Origin: Phoronis australis
Taxonomy: Eukaryota > Animalia > Phoronida
Assembly (NCBI GenBank): GCA_002633005.1
Contig: NMRA01000247.1
Location: 131,401-195,400, forward strand
Length of the DNA stretch: 64,000 nucleotides
Direction: 5' to 3'
Part shown: positions 53,231-64,000 of the stretch, in pieces
How the letters are laid out: each line of letters opens with the position of its first letter
How positions within the stretch are numbered: the first letter of the stretch is position 1
Translations under genes and position numbers: made by a program
The notes under the pieces: model-generated
What the model was told of the DNA's origin: nothing
What the model saw: only the letters and a program-made list of their open reading frames with translations
The model's database searches: none

Positions 53231-55070
53231 GATTTATCTCTCCCCTATACCGAAAGGATCAGATAGAGATTTGAATTTACCATCCCACTATAGAGGCATA
53301 AGTCTGCTCTCCACCGTGAGCAAAGTGTATTGTAATGTACTAAACAGGAGATTAACCGAGTTTCTGAATGTCGAACACAAACCGAATGAAAAACAAATTG
53401 GTTTTCGACAGGGGAGGTCATGTCTTGACCACGTGTTTATACTCGCGTCTATTGTTAGAAATAAGATAGGTTGTAATAGATCAACGTTTGCAATATTCGT
53501 CGATATGCAACGGGCTTTTGACAATTTTGATAGAAACCTTTTATTGAAAAAATTAATTGATTTAGGAGTGGTTGGAAAATTCCATCACTCTGTAAAATCG
53601 TTGTATGCGCAGACAGAAGCCTGTGTTCAATTAGGTCAGTCAAGTTATACCAACTGGTTCCCAGTTCAAAGAGGGGTCAGGCAGGGAGATCCATTGTTGC
53701 CTACATTGTTTTCAATTTTCATAAATGATTTGATTAATGATTTGAACAGTTGTAGCAAAGGTGTCAGTTTTGATGGATGTAATTTATCATGTCTGTTGTA
53801 TACAGATGACATTGTGATTTTTTCTGGTAGTGAAACCTATTTACAGGATTTACTGAACGTACCGAATAATTGTTGTGCAAGGTGGCAAATGTCTGTATGT
53901 AAAATTTTCCAAGACTGATTTGATTCTTTTTCGCAAGAGGGGACATGTAAGAACAAGTTTTGAATTCATTTTGTGCAATCGCATTGTGAATTTAAGAGAA
54001 TGTCATAAGTATCTGGGTGTAACTCTGAACGAGTTTATCGATTTCAGTTTGACAGCTGAGATACTGGCAGACTCCGCATCTAGAGCATTGGGAGCTCTGG
54101 TGAGCAAATACAAACATATTGGTAACATGGGTTTCAACAGTTACAGTGAATGTTTTGAAATGTCAGTAGCTTCAATTCTAGAATATGGGTCTGGAATTTG
54201 GGGATACTCTTAATACTCGTATATTCTTAGGGATTCACAAGTATGCTGCCTATGTAGTGCTTTATGGCGACTCAGGTTGGCCAAATTCACACTACAAACA
54301 ACATGAAAATATGAAAAGCCTCTGAAATTGTTTATTTCTAATGGATGAAAGCAGAATTGCAAAAAAAAATCTTTTTATGGGACCTTAAACATTGGAACTC
54401 CTGCAATTGGCCAAGTTCAATATTTAAAATTATGGAGAAATGCTATTTTTTAAAAAATTTCAGGAACATGCAAACTGTGTCTCTCGAAAACATCAAGGTT
54501 CCAGTTAGAAGAGTTAAACTGGTTAAAAATAATCACTGAAAAACCAAATCTGTGCTTATATAGGTGTGTTAAGAATGACTATTGTGTAGAAGAGTATTTG
54601 CATCTGCCGGAATCCCAGAGGTCCGTCATAGCTCAATTGAAAGCAGGTATTCTACCACTAGAGGTTGAGATGGGACGGTACTTCGAAATTCCTGTGAACG
54701 GATTTGTTGTGTTTGTAAAAACGGAATTGAAGATGAAATTCATTTCATTTTTGACTGTGAAAAATGTACTCACATTCGACCATTTTTTATACAGAATTCT
54801 GCCCTACCTCAAGTATTCCAAAATAACTTGAAAGGTCTAGTGAAATTCATTCAAGACCCTTTTAGCTTAGAAGTAAGTATTTGTTTATAAACTAGTCTGA
54901 AGTGGTCATATTTGAGCGTGTGCAATATGTTATGTAAGGGTTTAATTATTATTAGATTGACTGCGTAAGCCCATTGAGACTGGGGTGTGTGGTGAATATT
55001 CTGTCTTTGAGATTGTATTTACTGACACCCTTATGTCACTATAATAAATAAATAATGATAATAATAATAG
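53231..55070 (+). mobile_element. 5'-truncated RTEX-like non-LTR retrotransposon (RT, C-terminal Zn-finger region, TAA-rich tail)
   Basis: YRGISLLS, QIGFRQGRSCLDH, FVDMQRAFD, GVRQGDPLLPTLF, YTDD, KYLG, ILPLEVEMGRY...RICCVC...EDEIHFIFDC. Ends in ATAATAAATAAATAATGATAATAATAATAG. Confidence 0.92.
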
Positions 55071-55125
55071 ATTTTGATTTTGCTTGAAAATTTTAAGAGT
55101 TCACATTTGAGGTTTTATTCATATT

Positions 55126-55212
55126 TTGTACTGAGGTATAGGTGGGAAAATTCCAGCCGGCTCTTGATGTTGTACTGAGGTGTAGGTGGGATAATTCCAG
55201 GCGCCTCTTGAT
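55126..55212. repeat. Two-copy ~44-bp tandem repeat
   Basis: TGTACTGAGGT.TAGGTGGGA.AATTCCAG....CTCTTGAT occurs twice in tandem. Confidence 0.8.
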
Positions 55213-57337
55213 TTTGGGGACCTTTACCTCAATTTCAGAGTCATGCTAGTTCCAGAAAGGGATCTTAACTCAATATTTTCATCACTTAAATGGAACCCAG
55301 CAATTAGTCTCATGTTGACAAGTGTTGAAGCGTTATGGCCCTGTCGTCAGCGGGCTGTAAAGTCCGTCACAGAGCGTTCCTTAATTCCATATTCTATTTT
55401 TATTTCTGCATTTTATATGAAATTAATGCACTACTACTACTACATCACTGTATGAAAGCTCACTTTAAAAGTGAACTTTTCTCATTTGAGAATTTTAGGA
55501 ACATTATAATTCAACAGTTTTAGAGTGATCATTTTCAGGTATGTTGGGAATTTTGCAATAAGATATCTATCTGGCTAATCTTCACTACTCCAGGAAATGT
55601 TTTCCTTAAAAATATGTGCATCATGCATTTTGCGAGGCAACAGGTGACAATTTGATGACAAATGGTGTGTCTTTTTGAAGACTCATAAAAGGTGTCAGAT
55701 GTCTTCCTGTTGAGAGAGCATAGTAAAAATGTTTGTTTCATTTACATCTTCTTTAATATGGACTAATTTCTGTTGTGTATTTTTAGGAAATTTGACTGAT
55801 ATGATCTTATTGAGAAGAGTGTCATTTCTGTTGTTTTTCGAAGAGATTCGATTACTATGACACCCCCAAGTGGTAATTTTAGTTTTTCTTTGCTCTTGTT
55901 TCAATATCTACCAAGGATGTAATCCTATTAAGGAGAACATAACTGTCACTGATTTCCATGTAGGCGGTCAGCTACTGTAGCTTCCCCTAGTGGCAGTTTT
56001 GTTATTTGAATGGCTCCTGCCTGATTAGCTACAAATTTTCCACTAAATGACAGATATAATGACCATGAAAATCGGAAGAAATACGCTAATAGTCTGTTGG
56101 AATTTTTTTAAAAGTCTTATGTTTGTTAACTTCTGTCAAGATATTAGAATTGGATAGATAACTTGTTAAAGGATTCAAAATTCCGAAAATAACCACAATC
56201 GCAAAGAAATTCATTCCAAAACAAAGCGGCATTTCACTTACTAAAAGCACCCTGATGTGAGTACATGTTAACGTTCTTTCAGGTGATCACAAAACCTTTG
56301 GGTAAGTCCACTAAAAAAAGCATCGTGATTATTGCAGTCAATATCACATTATGATAAACGACCCGACTCTCAATTATTGGCCACTAATAATATAAAATAT
56401 TTATATATCAATAGTAAAATATAATATAAATAAAGGCAAAAAATGAAAATAATTATGAATATAACAAATGAATGAATATAGATAATATATAAATGAATAC
56501 TAATATAAAATAAAGTAATACTATGTCAATCTTGAATAAGCTTGCAATGTTATTCAATGTTAATTACCAGTATGAGCTGATTATCAAGGAATATATTCAT
56601 CATCCGCATAAATTAATGTTAACTTACATGACTGGCCTTAGTCTGACCCACATTTGATATTTAATTGTTCAGTTTCATAGATATTTGGCTAAAAAACAGG
56701 CTTGCTAATGAAGTCCTACATATCAGCAATGAAGATTGTTCAACTCATATGATTTGCTTGTGACGAAGATGAAAGGATATGCGCTGTTTGTCATGATCAA
56801 TGTTTCACTGCAGCAATGTTGGTTTGTTTAGGTTAATAAAAATAGATACACTAAAAAGAACATTATGATGCATCAGTCAATTATAAATCCCAGGACTGTA
56901 GTGTAACGACTGGAACTCACTATATCATGTAATTATTTGAAAACAAACATAGCGGAGCAATAATCAATTGAGCACAGAATAGTGACAGTTTGAGGCTATA
57001 AGCAGATGTTTAAAAGTTATCCAGGAATGAGTAGTGTGTTCAACCATATACTTTCTTTGTTAAGACCTTTTGGTAAGTAAGACATGATATTTCATAATGT
57101 TTTAAAATGGTAGTGTTTGAAATTGGTTAGATTTTGAGTTCTGTCTTTTTGGCAGGTGCTGAATTGCTGCTATGTGTTGAAGAAACTCATTACTGTACAC
57201 CGCTTTAAAAATGGCCTCAACTTCGTCCTTGGTCTCATCTTGGTCCTTAATCAGTTGAGAAAGGAGTTTTGATCTTGTGTAGAACTGACAGTATGTGATT
57301 CCTGGAGACCAAGCTCTACAAATAAAATATTAAGTAA

Positions 57338-57440
57338 TGATGGTGTGTGCAAGTCAACTTGTAGTCTGGTGATGATGCTGTGTGCAAGTCAACTTGTAGT
57401 CTGGTGATGATGCTGTGTGCAAGTCAACCTGTAGTCTGGT
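57338..57440. repeat. 35-bp tandem repeat, ~3 copies
   Basis: TGATGATGCTGTGTGCAAGTCAACTTGTAGTCTGG units. Confidence 0.9.
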
Positions 57441-58637
57441 CTTGAGCAACAACGAACTCTCACTTCTTTGCAAGCTCTGAAATCATACATATTTTCACAA
57501 AGGAATAATTTTAGACCAATGTTGTCGTCTTAATCAAAAAGTGTTTTGTGAATATTTTTTTTCATAAATTTATTGCCTAGACAAGGCCAGTTTAAGAGAA
57601 AAATATGGTTTGTTAAAAACATAGCTTTCAAGCATAACTGTCTCCTCTGTTACTGTTCCACTCACAGTTCTGTGACTTACGAATTATTTTGGTTCAACAC
57701 TGGCTCCTGTGGATACTTGCTTCTTCATCAAAATGTGAGAAAAGGTGCCGTCATTATGATAATGCAAATGCTATGCAAAATGTCTAGAGTGCAGTTAGTT
57801 GTTTTATCCAATCACCAGTGGTCTACCTATCAGTGTTGTTATAATGTGCTTCATGACGGTTCACCAATGCAATAAAAACGAAAATTAGACATTACAACTG
57901 GAAGCTCATGCTTAATGTCATTTTTGAAATTAATAGTTCATAACTTTAAGAAGAGGTTATTATAATCACCTTTGGCAAACATGTTCAATGTTTCTGTTTT
58001 GCTTGCTAACAAGCTTGATACATCGTATCATGATTTTGATTAATGACAAGAGAATTCTTATCTGGTTCAGTGGGAAAGGCTGCAATTTAGGTTATTGCAG
58101 TCTCTTCTGTTTCAATGTATCAGTGCGACTTGTTTGGCAGCACTTGTGACATGTTTGAGTGGCCGCAGCTTGCTTAAAAAAACAGTGACCAGTTTTGAAA
58201 AAAGACATTGCCATTGCCAACAGTGTTTTTAGTGTTTCAAATTATAGGCTTAACAGCATCTGGCTATAGCTCACTGAAACTGAAAAAAGGTTAATTAGTG
58301 GGTAACTTGGCAGGTAAATGGTGCAACTGCAAGTACATTTTGTACTGACAAGGGAACGACAATTTACCCTCATTGCATTGAAGTTAATCTGTTCCACTGT
58401 AGGAATGTTGTGCTACTCCACAACTTGATCAACCAATTTTGAAAGGAGTTGTGATGGCTGTCGTTAATCTTTAAAGTGTGAGACTTATGTTTTCCCAGAT
58501 ACCCAAAATCCACAAAATAGGGCAGTTGCTACATTGATGGAAGAGCGACGGGTGACCATTTTGATGGATGGCATGGATGTTAAACTTATATGCAGGTACT
58601 GATAACATGGTTCAATTTAAACATTTTCCTTTTTCAG

Positions 58638-58739
58638 CAATCTATGAAAGTTGTGTCCCTTTGCAATCGTCTGAGTCGATCTCGTCGCAACAGTGCTGAT
58701 CTCCTAGAAAGCGGTTCCACGGGTACTATTTTGGAGGAG
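58638..58739 (+). CDS. DAPK1: DAPK coding exon 9 (CaM-binding segment with Ser308 equivalent)
   Basis: TTTTCAG acceptor; QSMKVVSLCNRLSRSRRNSADLLESGSTGTILEE; donor GTAACT (human QSVRLISLCQRLSRS). Confidence 0.9.
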
Positions 58740-59382
58740 GTAACTAAAAGATGTTTGTTCAAAATAGCTAGGGATGATAAAGTAGTCTAACGATAGAGAT
58801 TACAATCAACATCTGTAATGGGTGTTGTCAGCAAGCATTGGTTCTAAGTTGCTTTACTTGTCTTATTGTGCAATGGCCTTTTCAGAACTTTTGGGATAAC
58901 CATGTTTTCAGATGTCTACAAAACTAATTGGCGGATTTCAATGGAACTTGACACACATGTATGTCAAGTTCTGACACCGGGCGGATTCGGTCACTGCAGC
59001 AATCCATAGTAGCCATTTTGTTCTGCTGTCCTGTTGTCCATTTGTTTGCTGGATATCTCAATAACCCCTGGTTTTATTTTACTGAGTTCATGGGACATCA
59101 CTAGGACGATGCATGGCCCTTTCCAATCTGCCCCTACCCGGAAGATAGGAGTGGGGCTTTTCAGTATTTTTAAGGAAGAGCATTTCTGGATGATATCTAG
59201 GGATCCGATTGATGGATTTCAATGAAACTTGATACAGACGTATGTTACGGCATTGCAGTGGTTGCTTTTTGGTTGGATTTGACTGCTGCAACATTCCGTA
59301 GTGTCTGTTCTACTTTAGAGAAAACGACAGCTACTGGTTTGGGCAGATTACAACAATTACTGTTCTCATAATGTCATTTTGT

Positions 59383-59631
59383 AGAGGAGGCAGTGTGGCC
59401 TGGTTGATAAGTGATCGCGTTTCTTTACTCGAGGTCGTGGGTTCGAGTTCCACCAGATCACACTGCTAAACCCTTGAGCCAGGTTTCTAGCTCCTCAGCT
59501 CGGTTTTAACCAAAAATGAATAAAGCATAACAATAGTTCCAGGTGATCAGTGCAATGGGCCCACATGCGAGGCCTGCACACGTCTGGTATGTGTATTAGA
59601 CCGCCTGCAATTGTTTTTTTTGTGTTTTTTT
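59383..59631 (+). mobile_element. tRNA-derived SINE, copy 2, full length with TSD
   Basis: A-box TGGCCTGGTTG, B-box GGTTCGAGTTCC, T-rich tail. TSD TAATGTCATTTTGT at 59369-59382 and 59632-59645. Confidence 0.9.
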
Positions 59632-59810
59632 TAATGTCATTTTGTGTCTATCTTAAGTTTGTTTCTGCTACCAAAAGAAGTAGACTATTCCTGCTAATTT
59701 GGGAATGACAATTGTTTTTTTTGTGTTTTTTTTAATGTCATTTTGTGTCTATCTTAAGTTTGTTTCTGCTACCAAAAGAAGTAGACTATTCCTGCTAATT
59801 TGGGAATGAC
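59608..59810. repeat. Apparently exact 101-bp tandem duplication
   Basis: CAATTG...GGGAATGA starts at 59608 and again at 59709. Confidence 0.9.
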
Positions 59811-61323
59811 TAGTGCTAGATCCCTTTATCACATGTTTTATTCTTATGTGGCAAATGTTGAAAAGCTGTCATTTTCTTAATGTGCAAGTACATTATTTAT
59901 TTTTCCTGAATTACTTGAATTGCCTTCTGCGAGTGGGTTCACAGAAGACATTGAGCACAAATCCTCTCATTTTATATATTCGTAGCACAGGCTTTCCAAA
60001 CAATGTGTATTATTAGTACCTGGTAGGTATACCACTGTGTCCAATAACTGGAAGATCATGTATTTTTACATATGAAAGTATAAAAATCACACGTCGGTCA
60101 GAAACTTTTATATATTTTCATAGTGGTTAGCCTTATGAGTAGTGAACCCAGGGAATTTTTGAACCTTCAGAGTAGTGGGCTGTTCCTACATTCATGATGA
60201 GTCAGATCACTTTGTGCTGGCTGCGTGAGTGCGACATATTCACAATTTCAACGTAATGATGATCATATTAAATACAACTATTCAAAGATATAGATATAAA
60301 TTTGGACAAAAGATAGCCAATCAAATCTGTAAGATAGAACTAATTAATGTAAATTAAAAACAACCAAACAAAATAACATCTTATTTTTATGGTCATGTGA
60401 TGTCAATAGGTTTTTAAGAACACCATGGCTTGCATTCTGAAATTGTTTGTGAAGAAGGAAATCATATGAAGGATTGTGAAATATATTGGAATAGTCAATG
60501 ATTTTCTGATGTTGGCTGACGTACCTAATGAGTACGGCTTGTAGTTTCATAACAGAAAAGAGGAAATGTTATACCACTTTGAGAAAAGGTGGTTTAGTCA
60601 AAATTGTCAATAGATATTTTTCAAAAAGCGACTAAAACAATCCCTGATGAGCCATTTTTAAGTGGCGAACAATGTCTGGTACTTTGTAAATTCTCCAGTT
60701 TGGGACAGTGAAAATTAAAATTATTTTGCTTTGAGGTCGGAGCTTATACTAAATTTTAGAAATATGCAATGTCAGACATCCCTAATTTTAAGAACTACAA
60801 CCAATGACAATGCTGCATATTATCAAAACATTGCACTGGCGGCTATTTTTTCACTTTTAAGAACATCCAAGTCTATTTTCTGTTAACACAAAATGCAATT
60901 TCCTAGAAATATGATAGCTCGAAATTGCTTATGTCTCAATCTTTAGAATCACGAAGATTCAATTTCATCTTTTTCATAACTTGCAGCGAAGTAATTAGTC
61001 TTAGAATTGTGGAAAAGAGACAATGTTTACAATCATTTTATGTAAAATTAGTGAAGAATTTTCGCACGTTTTTGATGACTGCCAATCAGAAATTAACTCC
61101 TATTTTGTGATCAAATTTTGAAAGAAGAATTCGAAGCAAAATTTTTGCGAATGCATTGCCATTTTGCTATTGACAATTTTTTCCTTCTAGTTTTCAACTA
61201 AAAAATCGAAATACCGATCCTTATATGCTGGCGCATGTTAGTGATAAACTGAACTGTGCATAAATGAAAATAACAACAAAAAAAAATGTGGGTTAGTGCC
61301 AGTATAAAAACGAGTTTTATTGT

Positions 61324-61630
61324 TTACTGAGTAAGGTTGATGTTTGAGATGTGACATGTGAACATCTCTATTGTTTCTGATGAGATGGCATGTTGTGGGA
61401 GTCTATTCCAGTGTAAAATACTAGATGGGAAGAAAGAGTGGTAGTATGCTGTGCGAATGTATGTTCTCTCAAAAGTATGAAAGTGGGAATTACATGGTCT
61501 AGAAATATGTAGGGGTGGCAGGTATGTGTGGGGAATGACAACCAGGCTGTGAATGGTCTTGTACATGAGGAACAGTTTATTCTGAACAAGTCTTTCTTGA
61601 AGAGTGGGCCGTTTGAGAGTGGGAAGTATG
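61324..61630 (-). mobile_element. 3' fragment of a CR1/L2-group LINE
   Basis: LFLMYKTIHSLV...YYHSFFPSSILHWNRLPQH matches the ORF2 C-terminal motif SFFPxxIxxWNxLP. Confidence 0.75.
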
Positions 61631-64000
61631 CAATAAATTCTAATTCTAACTTAAAATTAACAATAGCCAATGACAATAGATTTGAGATTTAGGAAACATT
61701 CCTTTTCTAGCTTTTTTATGTTCTATCGTTAGGGGTGATTTCACTCACTAGTAAGTTGAAGGCAACATGCCTGGCATTGATTAATGAATAGATCTAACTA
61801 CTTCATTGCTTGACTGCCTTCATAATGGTAATTTTAAGTTTTAATTGTAACAGTCTCAATATCTGCCAAAATATATTCGCTAATACCCGGATTATTTCCA
61901 CTTCACTTTGTAGAATCCATTCTAAGTTCAGTAGTGTTGGTCTCATAAGGCGTGGAAATGTTTGGAAATTAAGCACCCCTTGAATCTTTGCGTTTTGCGA
62001 TGCACGCGGTGGGAGCTGATCAGCGCTTATGTTATGCCTGGAATCTGCTAATCAATATTGGGTCATGCAGCATTCAGTGCTCATTGCACAGAAAATCTGG
62101 ACTACCATTTGTCTAAAGGAATCAATGCCTACATCCTTCCTCCTCTGTTGCGTTGCATTGTTCCTATGTTCTCTGTAAATTAGCTTGTTTAATTTGTTTA
62201 CATTTCGTTGATGCTAAGCTGGTAAACCAAATAAAGCTGTGATTACCAATTATAAAGCTTGTTAAATAAGGCTAACATTTTGCTGGTGGCATTTTCCATC
62301 TGCATGGATGAAAAGCTGTTCTTTGAGTGCATTGCATGGTTTGATTGGTAGGCCTTGTTAAGTGATGAATTAATTTGACTAATGATTTCAAATTGTTCAG
62401 TAATTAAAATTATTGAAGGACTTGCTTCTCAATCTCCAAAGCATTACTCAAGTTTTAAATATACTGCACTTTTCTGCAGTTTTATTTATGGTTTCTAGAT
62501 GTTACATATTCTGAACGGTTAGTGTTATGTTTGTCAATGTTGTGTCTGCTATGCTTCCTCGCTACTTTGTCTGCTGTCACCTGCAACATGCGTCATGGGG
62601 CCTCTCATAGTCGTTCACAAGTGCAAATTTTAACTTTTCAGTCCACATTGTTGCTCGCCTGAAATTCGCTTACGTGAAGGAGGTGCTTTATGTATAGTTA
62701 CTTTGGGAGATCTTTGAGAATCGGTTCTGTTTGTTACATTAAAATAGGCTAGATTAAAGTAAAATTCACAAACTAAGTAGCATAGACTTTGGCAGCTGTA
62801 TTGTGTTCATACTCACTTTATACATCTAGTAGGTGGCTTCATTCACATTTCTAGCCCAGTGTCTCTCACTGAAAGCCTTGTTTCTTGCCGTGGCATGTGC
62901 TGTTGCTATCTACAGTAATGCTGTTAAGAACATTCACTTTTGATGTAGTGGAGGTCTTCATTCCTCTTGCCTCTTTGAAAGAATTCTATTGAAATTCACC
63001 CATCCGCCGTTACTTAAAATAAAGGTTGGAACGTCATGCAAACAAATTGTGAAAATATATTTTACCCCAATCCAAGTTTTATTTGGCAGAAGTCATGGTT
63101 CTTTTGATTTATACAGTAAAATCCCACGAATTCAGGACTAAAAAATGCTAAAAGAGCACTTTTTCATTTTGAAGGTCTTCTAACAAATTTTCAAAATATT
63201 GCCAGTTGCTTGATTATTGCAAAGCATCATTTTGGTACTTTGCGTCATTTATAAGAAAATGAGGAAATAAAGTTTCACGCATCCATCATCTGCGTCCTAA
63301 ATTGGAAAGACTTTGTCATACTGTTTAACAAAACACCTGCTTTGCTTCTGCCTTAATTCCTCTATACCACCATGACTCAAGTGTGCCACTGAATTTATTA
63401 TACTATGATTGGATGTTTGGCCATTACTGTCATTTCAGCCCTCATCATTAAATTCCTTATACCTCTGTAACGTTTTAGAGAGTCACACATGATTTTCAGG
63501 AACAACTGGTAGTAAATGCTTTCTTGTCTGCTGCTTTATTGAGCTCCTGTGTGATAAATTCTGCAGAAATTCTGGAAGTCTGCCGTACTTGTTATTGGAA
63601 TCCAGGAAAATTGAAAATCATTATTTGGCATTCTGAATGCCTGCGTTTTAAAGCTCTCCTGATAGTATCCAACCATTTTTAAGGTAAGATCATTTTAGAT
63701 ACAAAATCACAATGCTGCTGACTACGATTTGGATTTAATTTTTCTACATCTAGCAAGAAATCAGAACACTGGATTATTGTTGAGAATTTCATGGGATCGT
63801 GTTGAGAAAGATATTCCAACAGTTTTCTCTTGTTTAATAAACAGCAGACCGACTCTTCTGTTCAACTCTAGGTAAATCTAGTTGTGGTTCTTATCAGTGA
63901 GCATCTGTGCATGCTAACCTATTATAGAATTGTAGAAAAAATATTTTTATTTTTATTTGTATTTGTTTCATAGGTCGTCATCCTTTTTAAACCATAAACT

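Noticed and set aside
59608-59810. 101-bp duplication as a biological event
   Set aside because: An apparently exact copy of read-length size starting in a low-complexity SINE tail is most likely an assembly or gap-fill artefact; raw reads would be needed to decide.
60418-60502. Next DAPK exon (CEEGN resembles an ankyrin start)
   Set aside because: Bounded by in-frame stops, with no phase-0 acceptor/donor pair.
63973-64000. Exon after the strong pyrimidine tract TTTCATAG
   Set aside because: The phase-0 reading stops after 7 codons with no DAPK similarity; it cannot be evaluated at the window edge.

Overview
Eukaryotic, intron-rich, AT-rich genomic DNA, most likely from an invertebrate animal; the species cannot be named from the sequence. 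Two host genes lie head-to-head. On the minus strand is the first coding exon of cyclophilin B (PPIB, 1236-1138), with an ERSE-like element upstream. On the plus strand are the first nine coding exons of a death-associated protein kinase (DAPK1-like, 12421 to >58739), covering the whole kinase domain and the CaM-regulatory segment; no further exon was found, so the gene probably continues beyond the window. About 41411-45735 is repeated at 47251-49897 across an N-gap, duplicating DAPK exons 7-8; these are probably two alleles assembled in tandem. Introns and the intergenic region are rich in mobile DNA: an internally deleted Kolobok transposon (THAP transposase plus convergent KolX/P2X7-ballast-like gene) whose empty site is visible in the second copy, a fold-back MITE derived from it, RTEX-, CR1-, Hero- and Penelope-like remnants (one with an intact minimal hammerhead ribozyme core), tRNA-SINEs with TSDs, and several TIR elements. 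The most unusual host-gene feature is a 5 x 21-nt tandem amplification of the kinase catalytic-loop codons across the exon-3 splice donor, which creates four in-frame candidate donors. Most ORFs in the supplied track are spurious.
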